A DNA stretch of 64,000 bases from Bacteroidia bacterium (GTDB lineage Bacteria; Bacteroidota; Bacteroidia; AKYH767-A; OLB10): contig DASUFP010000076.1 in NCBI GenBank assembly GCA_036274495.1, positions 78,901 through 142,900 of the forward strand. Reading direction: 5' to 3'. The translations under genes and the position numbers were made by a program. The first letter of the stretch is position 1. Each line of letters starts with the position of its first letter. The notes beneath the pieces are model-generated. The model saw only the letters and a program-made list of their open reading frames with translations. It was not told where the DNA came from and did not search any database. Of this stretch, positions 55,946 to 64,000 are shown piece by piece.

Positions 55946-58156
55946 ATGAAAAAATTTCTTTTAGCTTCCTTTTTGTTTGCGTATGTTTCAGCTACAGCAC
56001 AAAACCTGGTACCTAATCCGGGCTTTGAAAATACCACACCAAGCTGCGGTATTTTCGGATTGGGAATGTTCAGCTCCACCACTCCTCCCTGGATCAGCCC
56101 CAACGCAGGTTCACCCGATATATGCCATTCTTCACTGGCATTAAGTTGTCCCAATACTACAGTTGGCTCAACAAGTTTTTCGGCATGGGGTTCCGAACCA
56201 CCACACGGGGGCAGCGCCTACGCTGCAATGATTACCTATTGTTCAGGTTGCGCTTCTGAAACCAGGGAATACCTTCAGGTTCAGTTGTCGAGTCCATTGG
56301 TAGTCGGACAAACATACGCAGTTGAATTTTATGTTTCACCCGGCGAACAGTGCCAATGGATCACAAATAACATCGGCGCTTATTTGTCTACCACCCCACC
56401 TACCTCTTCCACCTGGCCCAGCTTACCTTATACGCCTCAGATAAATTATACGAGTGTAATATCAAACACAAACGGCTGGACACAAATAGCAGGAACAGTT
56501 ACTGCTACTGCGCCCTATTCGTACATTACCATTGGCAACTTTTTTACAGATGCCAATACCACTATTAACACTGGTGCAGGTTCGCTTATCTGGGCAGTTT
56601 ATTTTGTTGATGACATCTCCGTAACACTTGCCGTTCCGGTATTAACGGTAAACGGCGATTCCACTATCTGTGCGGGAGATTCTGCTGTTATCAATGCCAA
56701 TTTTGGAACCACCTATGCCTGGGCAAACGCTGCAAATCCGGGAACAATAATTTCAACCGACTCCACTATTGTGGTGTACCCGGCAGCAACAACTACCTAT
56801 TTGGTTTACGGAGCTACTGATACACTCTCGTTTACCGTTAATGTTTTAAATACACCAACCGTTTCGCTGGGAGCAGACACCTTGTTGTGTTCCGGACAAA
56901 CCCTGCAACTCTCTGCAGCCTATCCGGGAGCTACCTATCTCTGGCAAAACGGCACCACCGATTCACTATTTAACGTAAACCAATCAGGCATCTATTCGGT
57001 AACAGTAACAAATGCATGCGGCTCCAACACGGATGCCATTCAGGTATTGTACATTAATGCCCCTGCGGTTTTTCTGGGTAACGACACATTAATGTGCAAC
57101 GGCACTTCATTAACCTTAAATGCAACTTCAACCGGGGCACAATACCTGTGGCAGAACGGAGCCACTACTTCTTCAATCAATGTAAACCAGCCCGGAACTT
57201 ATTATGTCGGTGTTTTAAATCAATGCGGGTTTGCAACCGATACCATTAACATCAGTTACCAAAATATACCGCAAGTTTATCTGGGCAACGATACCACCAT
57301 TTGTCAGGGCAACTCAATTGTACTCGATCCCGGACTTTCCAATGTCACTTACTTATGGCAAAACGGAAGTATGACTCCTACCCTATCAGTAAACGCGGCA
57401 GGAAGTTACTGGCTGACCGCTGCAAATGCGTGCGGCACGAATTCAGACACCATCAACGTTCAGATCACCAACCTGCCGGCAGTAACGCTTGGCAGTGATA
57501 CCTCATTTTGTTTTGGCTCATCCATTGTTCTCGACGCTACTTCTGCCGGAGGCAGTTATGCGTGGAGTGACGGTTCTACAACATCCGCTATTCAGGTTTC
57601 CCAGACAGGTAACTACTCCGTTACCGTTACAAACAACTGCGGCTCTTCTACCGCTTCTGTTTCAATAACTGTGATTGCATTACCGGTAGTTAATCTGGGA
57701 GCCGACACCTCGCTGTGTACCGGCGACACCCTGTTGCTTGACGCGACTGAGCCCAATGCCGGCTACCTGTGGCAGGACGGTTCGGGAAATCCGGTTTTCC
57801 AGGTAACAACACAGGGTGTATATGCCGTTACGGTAACTGCTGACGGATGCTCGGCTGCTGATTCAATAATTGTTTCAGAGGGACTTTGTGATGTGCTAAT
57901 TGAAATGCCTGTTGTATTTTCGCCTAACGGTGATGGGATAAACGACCACTATGTTCCGCTTACCTACATTGGAATTGAATCAGCCAGATTAACGCTGTTC
58001 AATCGCTGGGGAAATCAAATCGCGGAAACATCAAACCTGGAGTCCGGTTGGGATGGCGGCGATCATCCTCAGGGCACCTATTTCTGGATTGTAAATTATA
58101 CCGATATCAATAATAACAGCGGCCAGCTGAAAGGCTACCTTACCTTGTTACGTTAA
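55946..58156 (+). CDS. T9SS type B cargo: CBM-like N-terminal domain, six ~65-aa Ig-like repeats, gliding-motility CTD
   Basis: QNLVPNPGFE...REYLQVQLSSPLVVGQTY, repeats P.V.LG.DT.LC.G...YLWQ.G, and CTD 'MPVVFSPNGDGIND...FNRWG...WDG...GTYFW'. Confidence 0.88.
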   Translation: MKKFLLASFLFAYVSATAQNLVPNPGFENTTPSCGIFGLGMFSSTTPPWISPNAGSPDICHSSLALSCPNTTVGSTSFSAWGSEPPHGGSAYAAMITYCSGCASETREYLQVQLSSPLVVGQTYAVEFYVSPGEQCQWITNNIGAYLSTTPPTSSTWPSLPYTPQINYTSVISNTNGWTQIAGTVTATAPYSYITIGNFFTDANTTINTGAGSLIWAVYFVDDISVTLAVPVLTVNGDSTICAGDSAVINANFGTTYAWANAANPGTIISTDSTIVVYPAATTTYLVYGATDTLSFTVNVLNTPTVSLGADTLLCSGQTLQLSAAYPGATYLWQNGTTDSLFNVNQSGIYSVTVTNACGSNTDAIQVLYINAPAVFLGNDTLMCNGTSLTLNATSTGAQYLWQNGATTSSINVNQPGTYYVGVLNQCGFATDTINISYQNIPQVYLGNDTTICQGNSIVLDPGLSNVTYLWQNGSMTPTLSVNAAGSYWLTAANACGTNSDTINVQITNLPAVTLGSDTSFCFGSSIVLDATSAGGSYAWSDGSTTSAIQVSQTGNYSVTVTNNCGSSTASVSITVIALPVVNLGADTSLCTGDTLLLDATEPNAGYLWQDGSGNPVFQVTTQGVYAVTVTADGCSAADSIIVSEGLCDVLIEMPVVFSPNGDGINDHYVPLTYIGIESARLTLFNRWGNQIAETSNLESGWDGGDHPQGTYFWIVNYTDINNNSGQLKGYLTLLR

Positions 58157-58180
58157 CCATTCGATTATAAATTAAATTAT

Positions 58181-58909
58181 ATGAAATGTATTGCAGCTGC
58201 ACTGTTCAGCTTAATTACCATGTGTGCATTTGGTCAGGACACAACGTATTACAGTTCTGAAGGCAAAAAAGTTGAAACCATACACGAAGCGGATTATTGC
58301 GAAATGGTGGTTTTTACTGCGAGTGACAGCTCGGCAGCAAGCCTGCAGCAATTTTTTACCAACGGCGTAAAGAAATCGGAAGCTTCGTATGTTGATTATA
58401 AAAAGGACAAGAAAACGGGAGTAAATAAATCCTGGTACAGAAACGGGGAATTACATACCGAAATTCATTATAACAACGGCAAACGCGACGGAAAACTATC
58501 ATCGTGGTGGGAAAACGGCAAACTTAAACGAGAAGATCTTTACAGTAATGATTCGCTCATCAGCGGTAAGTGTTACGATTCAACCGGAACAGCTGTCGCC
58601 TATTATCCCTATGAGGTGTTGCCTGAATTTCCAGGAGGTGAAACGGCATTGATAAAATACCTCGGTCATGAATTGAAATACCCGGTGACCGCACGAGAGA
58701 ATGGGATACAGGGTAGTGTTTATGTTTATTTTTTTGTAGACCGGAACGGCAACATCGTTGAATCGGGAATACTGGACAGTCCCGCTGATGACCTGAGCAC
58801 CGAGGCACTGCGTGTGGTTAACAGAATGCCAAAATGGAAGCCGGGATTGGTAGATGGCGAAAAAACCGGAACACGATACAATCTTCCGATACGGTTTGCT
58901 TTGAGATAA
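58181..58909 (+). CDS. MORN-repeat plus TonB C-terminal domain protein
   Basis: Signal peptide, MORN-like 'SWYRNGELH', 'G.L.SWWENGKLK', and TonB_C 'PEFPGGE..L.KYL..LKYP..ARENGIQG.V.V.F.VDRNG...MPKWKPG'. Confidence 0.88.
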   Translation: MKCIAAALFSLITMCAFGQDTTYYSSEGKKVETIHEADYCEMVVFTASDSSAASLQQFFTNGVKKSEASYVDYKKDKKTGVNKSWYRNGELHTEIHYNNGKRDGKLSSWWENGKLKREDLYSNDSLISGKCYDSTGTAVAYYPYEVLPEFPGGETALIKYLGHELKYPVTARENGIQGSVYVYFFVDRNGNIVESGILDSPADDLSTEALRVVNRMPKWKPGLVDGEKTGTRYNLPIRFALR

Positions 58910-58986
58910 ACTTCAGGATACCCGCTTCCCGGTTATTAAATTATCATCTTTTCCTGTTCCACCTATCAGAGAGGCGTTTTCTGCCT

Positions 58987-58994
58987 TACCTTTG
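58987..58994 (+). promoter_or_regulatory. -7 element (TAnnTTTG) for the PafA-like gene
   Basis: TACCTTTG ending 5 nt before ATG 59000. Confidence 0.55.
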
Positions 58995-58999
58995 CCGGA

Positions 59000-60646
59000 A
59001 TGAAACGTAACTTTCAAAAATTTGCAGGGGCATTTATCAGCCTGCTGTTAATTGGGTCCGTTACAGTAGCAGGAGGCCCGGGCGCATCCCAAAAACCTAA
59101 ATTGATTGTGGGGATTGTTGTCGATCAAATGCGCTTTGACTACCTCACCCGGTACTGGGAAAAATTCGGGAATGACGGATTCAGAAAAATGGTTACAGCG
59201 GGTGCAACGTGTATCAATACCCACTTTGACTATATTCCTACCTATACGGCTCCGGGACTTACCAGCATTTACACAGGCACCACACCATCGGTGCACGGTA
59301 TAATTTCAAACAACTGGTACGACAGATCGCACGATACCATTGTTTATGTAACCGACGACAACACCGTTTCGGGAACCAATGGGGAAGCATCAGGCAAAAT
59401 GTCACCTGCCAGATTGCTTACTACAACTGTCACGGATGAACTGCGCATTTGGTCCAATTTCAAATCAAAAGTAATCGGGGTTGCGTTAAAGGACCGCAGT
59501 GCAATACTCCCTGCCGGCTATACCGGCAATGCTGCTTATTGGTTCGATGCTCCTTCCGGTAACTGGATATCAAGTACCTGGTACATGAAATCGCTGCCCA
59601 AATGGGTACAGCAATTCAATGCGGAAACATACCCTGCTAAAATGCTGAAAACCCCATGGAAACCGCTGCTTTCGCTGGATCAATATACAGAAAGCACTGC
59701 CGACAGCACCGTTTACGAGGAACCCTTTGCAGGTGAATCAGCACCGGTATTCCCACACGACTTAAGCAAATCAACTACTCCCGGATATGAACTCATTAAA
59801 AGGTGTCCTGCCGGAGATACCTTTACCAAAGATTTCGCGGTGGCGGCAATGCGAGGCGAACATTTGGGGAAAAATGAATCTACAGATTTTCTTGCGATAA
59901 GTTTTTCGTCGACCGATTATGTCGGACATCAGTTTGGCACACATGCAGCAGAAACTGAGGATACCTATCTGAGACTGGACCGTGATCTGGCGGATTTAAT
60001 TGAGCAGGTTGAAGATTATGTTGGAAAAGGAAATGTACTTTTTTTTCTGACCGCAGATCATGGAGCTCTTCCCAATCCCGTTTTTTTAAACGACCACAAA
60101 GTACCTGCCGGATTCTTTAACTACAAAGCACTGCAGGATTCACTTGTAAAGTTTGTTGCTTCCAGATTTGGCTCAGGAGAATTTGTGAAAATTATTGATA
60201 ACGACCAGGTGTTCCTGGACCGCGAAAAAATAGTATCCGAAAACAGGGACTTTGGACAGATGTGCAGGGAAATAGCAGACTGGCTGCTGACTGTTCCCGG
60301 TATTTCGAGGGCTCTTACTCGTAATGAACTTACTGCCGGGTGTAATGCATCCAAAGCGGAGTTGTTTATGAAGAACGGATTTAATCCTTCCAGAAGCGGC
60401 GATGTATTTTTTATGCTCGAATCGGGATATATTGAATGGGGGTCAAAAGGCACTACTCACGGTTCGGGGTATACGTACGACACTCATGTACCGCTGATAC
60501 TGTACGGCTCCTCTGTGAATGCAGGAGTATATGAACAAAAAGTAAACATTACAGATATTGCTCCTACACTTTCCCTCTTACTCGGAATACAGCCTCCCAG
60601 CGGCTGTACAGGAGAGGCCATTATGGGGATGATAAAGTATCACTGA
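59000..60646 (+). CDS. pafA: PafA/PhoK-type alkaline phosphatase family protein
   Basis: IVVDQMR, PTYTAPG (nucleophile Thr), SNNWY, ALKDRSAIL, STDYVGHQFG, TADHG, TTHGS. Confidence 0.9.
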   Translation: MKRNFQKFAGAFISLLLIGSVTVAGGPGASQKPKLIVGIVVDQMRFDYLTRYWEKFGNDGFRKMVTAGATCINTHFDYIPTYTAPGLTSIYTGTTPSVHGIISNNWYDRSHDTIVYVTDDNTVSGTNGEASGKMSPARLLTTTVTDELRIWSNFKSKVIGVALKDRSAILPAGYTGNAAYWFDAPSGNWISSTWYMKSLPKWVQQFNAETYPAKMLKTPWKPLLSLDQYTESTADSTVYEEPFAGESAPVFPHDLSKSTTPGYELIKRCPAGDTFTKDFAVAAMRGEHLGKNESTDFLAISFSSTDYVGHQFGTHAAETEDTYLRLDRDLADLIEQVEDYVGKGNVLFFLTADHGALPNPVFLNDHKVPAGFFNYKALQDSLVKFVASRFGSGEFVKIIDNDQVFLDREKIVSENRDFGQMCREIADWLLTVPGISRALTRNELTAGCNASKAELFMKNGFNPSRSGDVFFMLESGYIEWGSKGTTHGSGYTYDTHVPLILYGSSVNAGVYEQKVNITDIAPTLSLLLGIQPPSGCTGEAIMGMIKYH

Positions 60647-60653
60647 CCCGGTA

Positions 60654-61892
60654 TTATTTTTCAAATGTTACCTTAAATCCTGCTTTAACCAGGTCATCGT
60701 AATAATGAGGATAGGATTTGGAAACCACTTCCGGGTTTTCAATTATTACCGGTCCGGCAACAAGCGACAAAGGAGCCAATGCCATTGCTACCCGGTGATC
60801 GTGATAGGTTTTGATTATTCTTGAGGAGGGCCTGATGCCGGCACCGGCGTAAACCTTAAACTTTGAACCTCCGCAAAAGTCGGTATGCACATTAAAATTA
60901 TATAATTCGCGCTGAAAAACAGCGGCCCTGTCGCTCTCTTTTAATCTGAAGTTTTTTAAACCGGGAAAATCTGCCGTCCTGTTTAACCCGGCACTCGCAC
61001 ATATCATGGCAGGTGCAACATCCGGACAACCGGTATGATCCTCGGTAATTTTATCGGGGTAATTGGTTTCGGCACCACTGCTCAGCACCAGCCCCTCATG
61101 GTTTTCAATTGTTGTTACTCCGAGATGGCTCATCATTTTTGCCACTGCCGCGTCGCCCTGAATTGAATGCAGGCTTAATCCTGACAACGTAATGTTGCTG
61201 CCCTTACTCAGCGCTGCAATTTCGAACCAGTAAGAAGCCGCCGACCAATCGGGTTCAACTGTGTACCGAGCCGCTGAATATTTTCCTTGCGGAATAGCAA
61301 TTACCGCACCTTCTGTTTTTGGCGTAACACCAAACACCTTCATAACATTTGCAGTCATCATGATATAAGGCAGCGAAAGTGTTTCACCTGTTATCCTGAT
61401 GGTAATGCCGTTTTTTATGTACGGACCAATCAGCATCAGCGCACTGATAAACTGACTGCTCACATTACCGGGAACTTCAATTTCGGAATTGCTGACAAGC
61501 CCTGAAGAAACCATGCGGACCGGTAATCTTCCATCCTGTTCCAGATAGGTAATTGAAGCACCCAAAGCAGTCAGCGCCGACGCCAGTTCACTAAAGGGTC
61601 GTGCCCTAAGTGAGGGTGCCGCTGTAATCACAACATCTCCGCCCCGGACTGCCAGATAAGCCGTTGTAAACCGGAGTGTGGTACCGCCTTCACCACAATT
61701 GTATTCGCCGGAAACGGAACTTAATAGTTCAATTAATTTTTGGGTATCTGCGGCTGTTGAAAGATTTTCAATCGGAAAAGCTTCACCCGATAGTGCCCTG
61801 ATGATAAGCGCCCGGTTGCTGATGCTTTTCGAAGCAGGCAGTATAACGGTTGCCTTTACAGGATTTACAGGAGCGGCAACAGTACAGGTCAT
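60654..61892 (-). CDS. aroA: EPSP synthase
   Basis: ASKSISNR, GGTTLRF, SSQFISAL, KESDR, DHRVAM, VSKSYP. Confidence 0.95.
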   Translation of the reverse strand: MTCTVAAPVNPVKATVILPASKSISNRALIIRALSGEAFPIENLSTAADTQKLIELLSSVSGEYNCGEGGTTLRFTTAYLAVRGGDVVITAAPSLRARPFSELASALTALGASITYLEQDGRLPVRMVSSGLVSNSEIEVPGNVSSQFISALMLIGPYIKNGITIRITGETLSLPYIMMTANVMKVFGVTPKTEGAVIAIPQGKYSAARYTVEPDWSAASYWFEIAALSKGSNITLSGLSLHSIQGDAAVAKMMSHLGVTTIENHEGLVLSSGAETNYPDKITEDHTGCPDVAPAMICASAGLNRTADFPGLKNFRLKESDRAAVFQRELYNFNVHTDFCGGSKFKVYAGAGIRPSSRIIKTYHDHRVAMALAPLSLVAGPVIIENPEVVSKSYPHYYDDLVKAGFKVTFEK

Positions 61893-62959
61893 GTTAATGA
61901 CGAATAATAATGCAACGATTCTGCAAGTAACGGAACAGAACAGGGAACTTTGCTGACGGGCTCTCCGGGTGCTTTCAGGAGCGATAGATTTATGGTTCCG
62001 GAATGAGCCTTTTTATCGAAACGAATTTTTTCAATGATGTGACCTCTTGCCTCTCCGTTTAATTTGATGGGTGCATACAGCCCGTGTATTACGTTGGCCA
62101 CATCACGCATTGCATCAGCAGGAAATTCACTCAACTTAACCGACAGAAATGCTTCGCAAACCATTCCGGCAGCAACTGCTTCGCCATGTGTAACAGGATC
62201 GTTTCCCTGTTCAAGCGACCACGATTCGATGGCATGTCCAACGGTATGTCCGAAGTTCAAAATGGCCCTTATCCCCTTTTCATTCGGGTCAGCTGCAACA
62301 ATTCGCAATTTGGTCGCCGCGGAAATCTGAATACGTTCGGTAAAAAAATTTCTTACCGTTTGTTTCTCCGGATTACCGTTCATCATCAATACCAGCTCCG
62401 CCCAGCTTTGTTTATCGTCGAGCAAGATGTGTTTTATCATCTCGGCATAACCGCCATGCCATTCGCGGGCAGGCAAGGTATCGAGAAAAGGCAGATGGGC
62501 AATGGTAATTTCGGGTTCGGCAAATGAACCGATGATGTTTTTTGCTCCACCAAAATCGATTCCTGTTTTGCCTCCGATTGCCGCATCAACCATTCCCAAA
62601 AGAGAAGTCGGAAGATTGATAAACCGAATCCCTCTCATAAATCCTGCTGCTGCAAATCCCCCTATATCGGTCACCACTCCGCCGCCTAAATTAATCAGCA
62701 TGGAACTTCTGTCCGCTCCGGCCTCCAGCAGCTGACTCCAGATGGCTGATGCTGTTTGTAATGTTTTATGATGTTCCCCTGCTCCTATTATTATCAGCCG
62801 GTCAGGTTTTATGCCTGCCGCCTCTATCAACGGGTAACAGTGGTTGTGTGTGTTGCTATCGCAAAGAATGAATACCGAAGACCAGTCGTCTTTCTGTTTG
62901 TCAAGAAAACCCGAAAGCACTTCCAGCGCATCCGTTCCGGCCCAGTATCTGTTTTCCAT
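61889..62959 (-). CDS. aroB: 3-dehydroquinate synthase
   Basis: GEHHKTL, LGGGVVTDIGGF, PTSLLGMVDAAIGGKTG, AEMIKH, LNFGHTVGHAIE, HGEAVA. Confidence 0.96.
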   Translation of the reverse strand: MENRYWAGTDALEVLSGFLDKQKDDWSSVFILCDSNTHNHCYPLIEAAGIKPDRLIIIGAGEHHKTLQTASAIWSQLLEAGADRSSMLINLGGGVVTDIGGFAAAGFMRGIRFINLPTSLLGMVDAAIGGKTGIDFGGAKNIIGSFAEPEITIAHLPFLDTLPAREWHGGYAEMIKHILLDDKQSWAELVLMMNGNPEKQTVRNFFTERIQISAATKLRIVAADPNEKGIRAILNFGHTVGHAIESWSLEQGNDPVTHGEAVAAGMVCEAFLSVKLSEFPADAMRDVANVIHGLYAPIKLNGEARGHIIEKIRFDKKAHSGTINLSLLKAPGEPVSKVPCSVPLLAESLHYYSSLT

Positions 62960-62997
62960 TGGCTTCTATTAACACAACCATAAAATTGTTGCGTTCG

Positions 62998-63005
62998 CAA
63001 ATGTA
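62998..63005 (-). promoter_or_regulatory. -7 element for aroB-aroA
   Basis: Minus-strand TACATTTG, 38 nt upstream of the aroB ATG. Confidence 0.6.
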
Positions 63006-63144
63006 ACGCTTAGGTATCTAAATAATGCATCATTGGAGCGGATGAACAGGCAAATAACAGGGCGCATTTGTCCGGCTGAATTATAGATAGCTATTTGTTT
63101 ATCAATACATTATATAACTCAAGCGGTTCTCTGATCGCATTTTC

Positions 63145-63152
63145 TATCTTTG
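63145..63152 (+). promoter_or_regulatory. -7 element for proline dehydrogenase
   Basis: TATCTTTG, 20 nt before ATG 63173. Confidence 0.6.
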
Positions 63153-63172
63153 CATTTCTTCTTCTCCGGTCC

Positions 63173-64000
63173 ATGATCGAAACAGCCTCACCCGCCACCT
63201 CAATTGCATTTAACAACCTGCAAAATGCATTCGCAACAAAAAGCGACAGAGATCTCAGAAAAGCATACTGGTTATTTAAAGCAATGGGGTCAAATCTGCT
63301 GGTGCGAAACGGTCCTGTTTTGCTCGACATTGCCCTGAAGCTGCATATTCCTGTGTTGCCGGTGATAAGGGCAACCCTTTTCAAACATTTCTGTGGCGGC
63401 GAAAATATTGCAGAATGCAACAACACTATTGCCGCATTGCACCGAGCCGGAATAGGCAGTGTATTGGATTACTCCATTGAAGGAGAAGAAAAAGAATCGG
63501 TTTTTGATTCCACAACAAAAGAATTACTTGCGACAATTGACAGAGCTAAAGGCGACCCTGCTGTTCCCTTTTGTGTTTTCAAAGTAACGGGTATTGCCCG
63601 TTTCACCTGTCTCGAAAAAATAAGTTCAGGCAACGCGGTGGCAGAAAGTGATAACCGGGAATTCGAAAAAATCCGACAACGCGTACTTACCATTTGTGAA
63701 CACGCCGCTACAGCAAGGGTGCGTATTTTTATTGATGCGGAAGAATCGTGGATTCAGCCTGCCATTGATGCGCTTGCCGATGAAATGATGAAGCGATTTA
63801 ACAAAGAAGGACAGGCAGTTGTGTTTAACACCATTCAGCTGTACCGCAGCGACAGGCTTGCCTTCTTAAAGGAATCGCATCAAAAGGCCGTTCAGGAAGG
63901 ATATAAACTCGGTTTAAAGCTGGTGCGCGGAGCGTATATGGAAAAAGAAAGGGAACGGGCATTAAAAAACAACTACCCTTCACCTATTCAACCCAACTGG
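63173..64000 (+). CDS. Monofunctional proline dehydrogenase, 3'-truncated (absent from the ORF track)
   Basis: Hand translation gives MIETASPATSIAFNNLQNAF...FKHFCGGE...LDYSIEG...FKVTG...IDAEESWIQPAID...NTIQLYR...GLKLVRGAYMEKE. The frame is open to the window edge. Confidence 0.93.
   Translation, partial: MIETASPATSIAFNNLQNAFATKSDRDLRKAYWLFKAMGSNLLVRNGPVLLDIALKLHIPVLPVIRATLFKHFCGGENIAECNNTIAALHRAGIGSVLDYSIEGEEKESVFDSTTKELLATIDRAKGDPAVPFCVFKVTGIARFTCLEKISSGNAVAESDNREFEKIRQRVLTICEHAATARVRIFIDAEESWIQPAIDALADEMMKRFNKEGQAVVFNTIQLYRSDRLAFLKESHQKAVQEGYKLGLKLVRGAYMEKERERALKNNYPSPIQPNW

Noticed and set aside
63173-64000. Proline dehydrogenase and P5C dehydrogenase as separate genes 56 kb apart
   Set aside because: Monofunctional, unlinked enzymes instead of a fused PutA are ordinary in Bacteroidota.
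1-64000. Mobile elements, tRNA or rRNA genes
   Set aside because: I recognised no integrase, transposase, phage gene, tRNA cloverleaf or rRNA signature by eye.

Overview
A 64-kb chromosomal segment from a Bacteroidota bacterium. The evidence is T9SS cargo with type A and type B CTDs, porT, TAnnTTTG promoter elements, and a Bacteroidota-type clade II nos cluster. Housekeeping genes include addA-like, pruA, ftsB, mcm, aspC, hldE-kinase, trkH, menG/ubiE, purE, purK, hpt-adk-obgE, aroA/aroB and a truncated proline dehydrogenase. They are interspersed with surface and accessory loci. The main one is a ~21-kb all-plus-strand block (22100-43008) lying between purK and purE. It holds a 3916-aa SprB-repeat adhesin with 39 repeats and a titin-like super-repeat, an AT-richer operon (fasciclin, cytochrome c, nosZ, nosB::nosL fusion, nosD, nosF, nosY) preceded by two phased FNR-like boxes, and a GT-C glycosyltransferase. 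Further right are two tandem T9SS paralogues that differ in one swapped domain, and a methyltransferase followed by a clear bacterial homologue of the eukaryotic ER glucosyltransferase ALG10/DIE2. I saw no rRNA, tRNA, CRISPR array, integrase or transposase. All family calls are by eye from motifs; no database searches were run.
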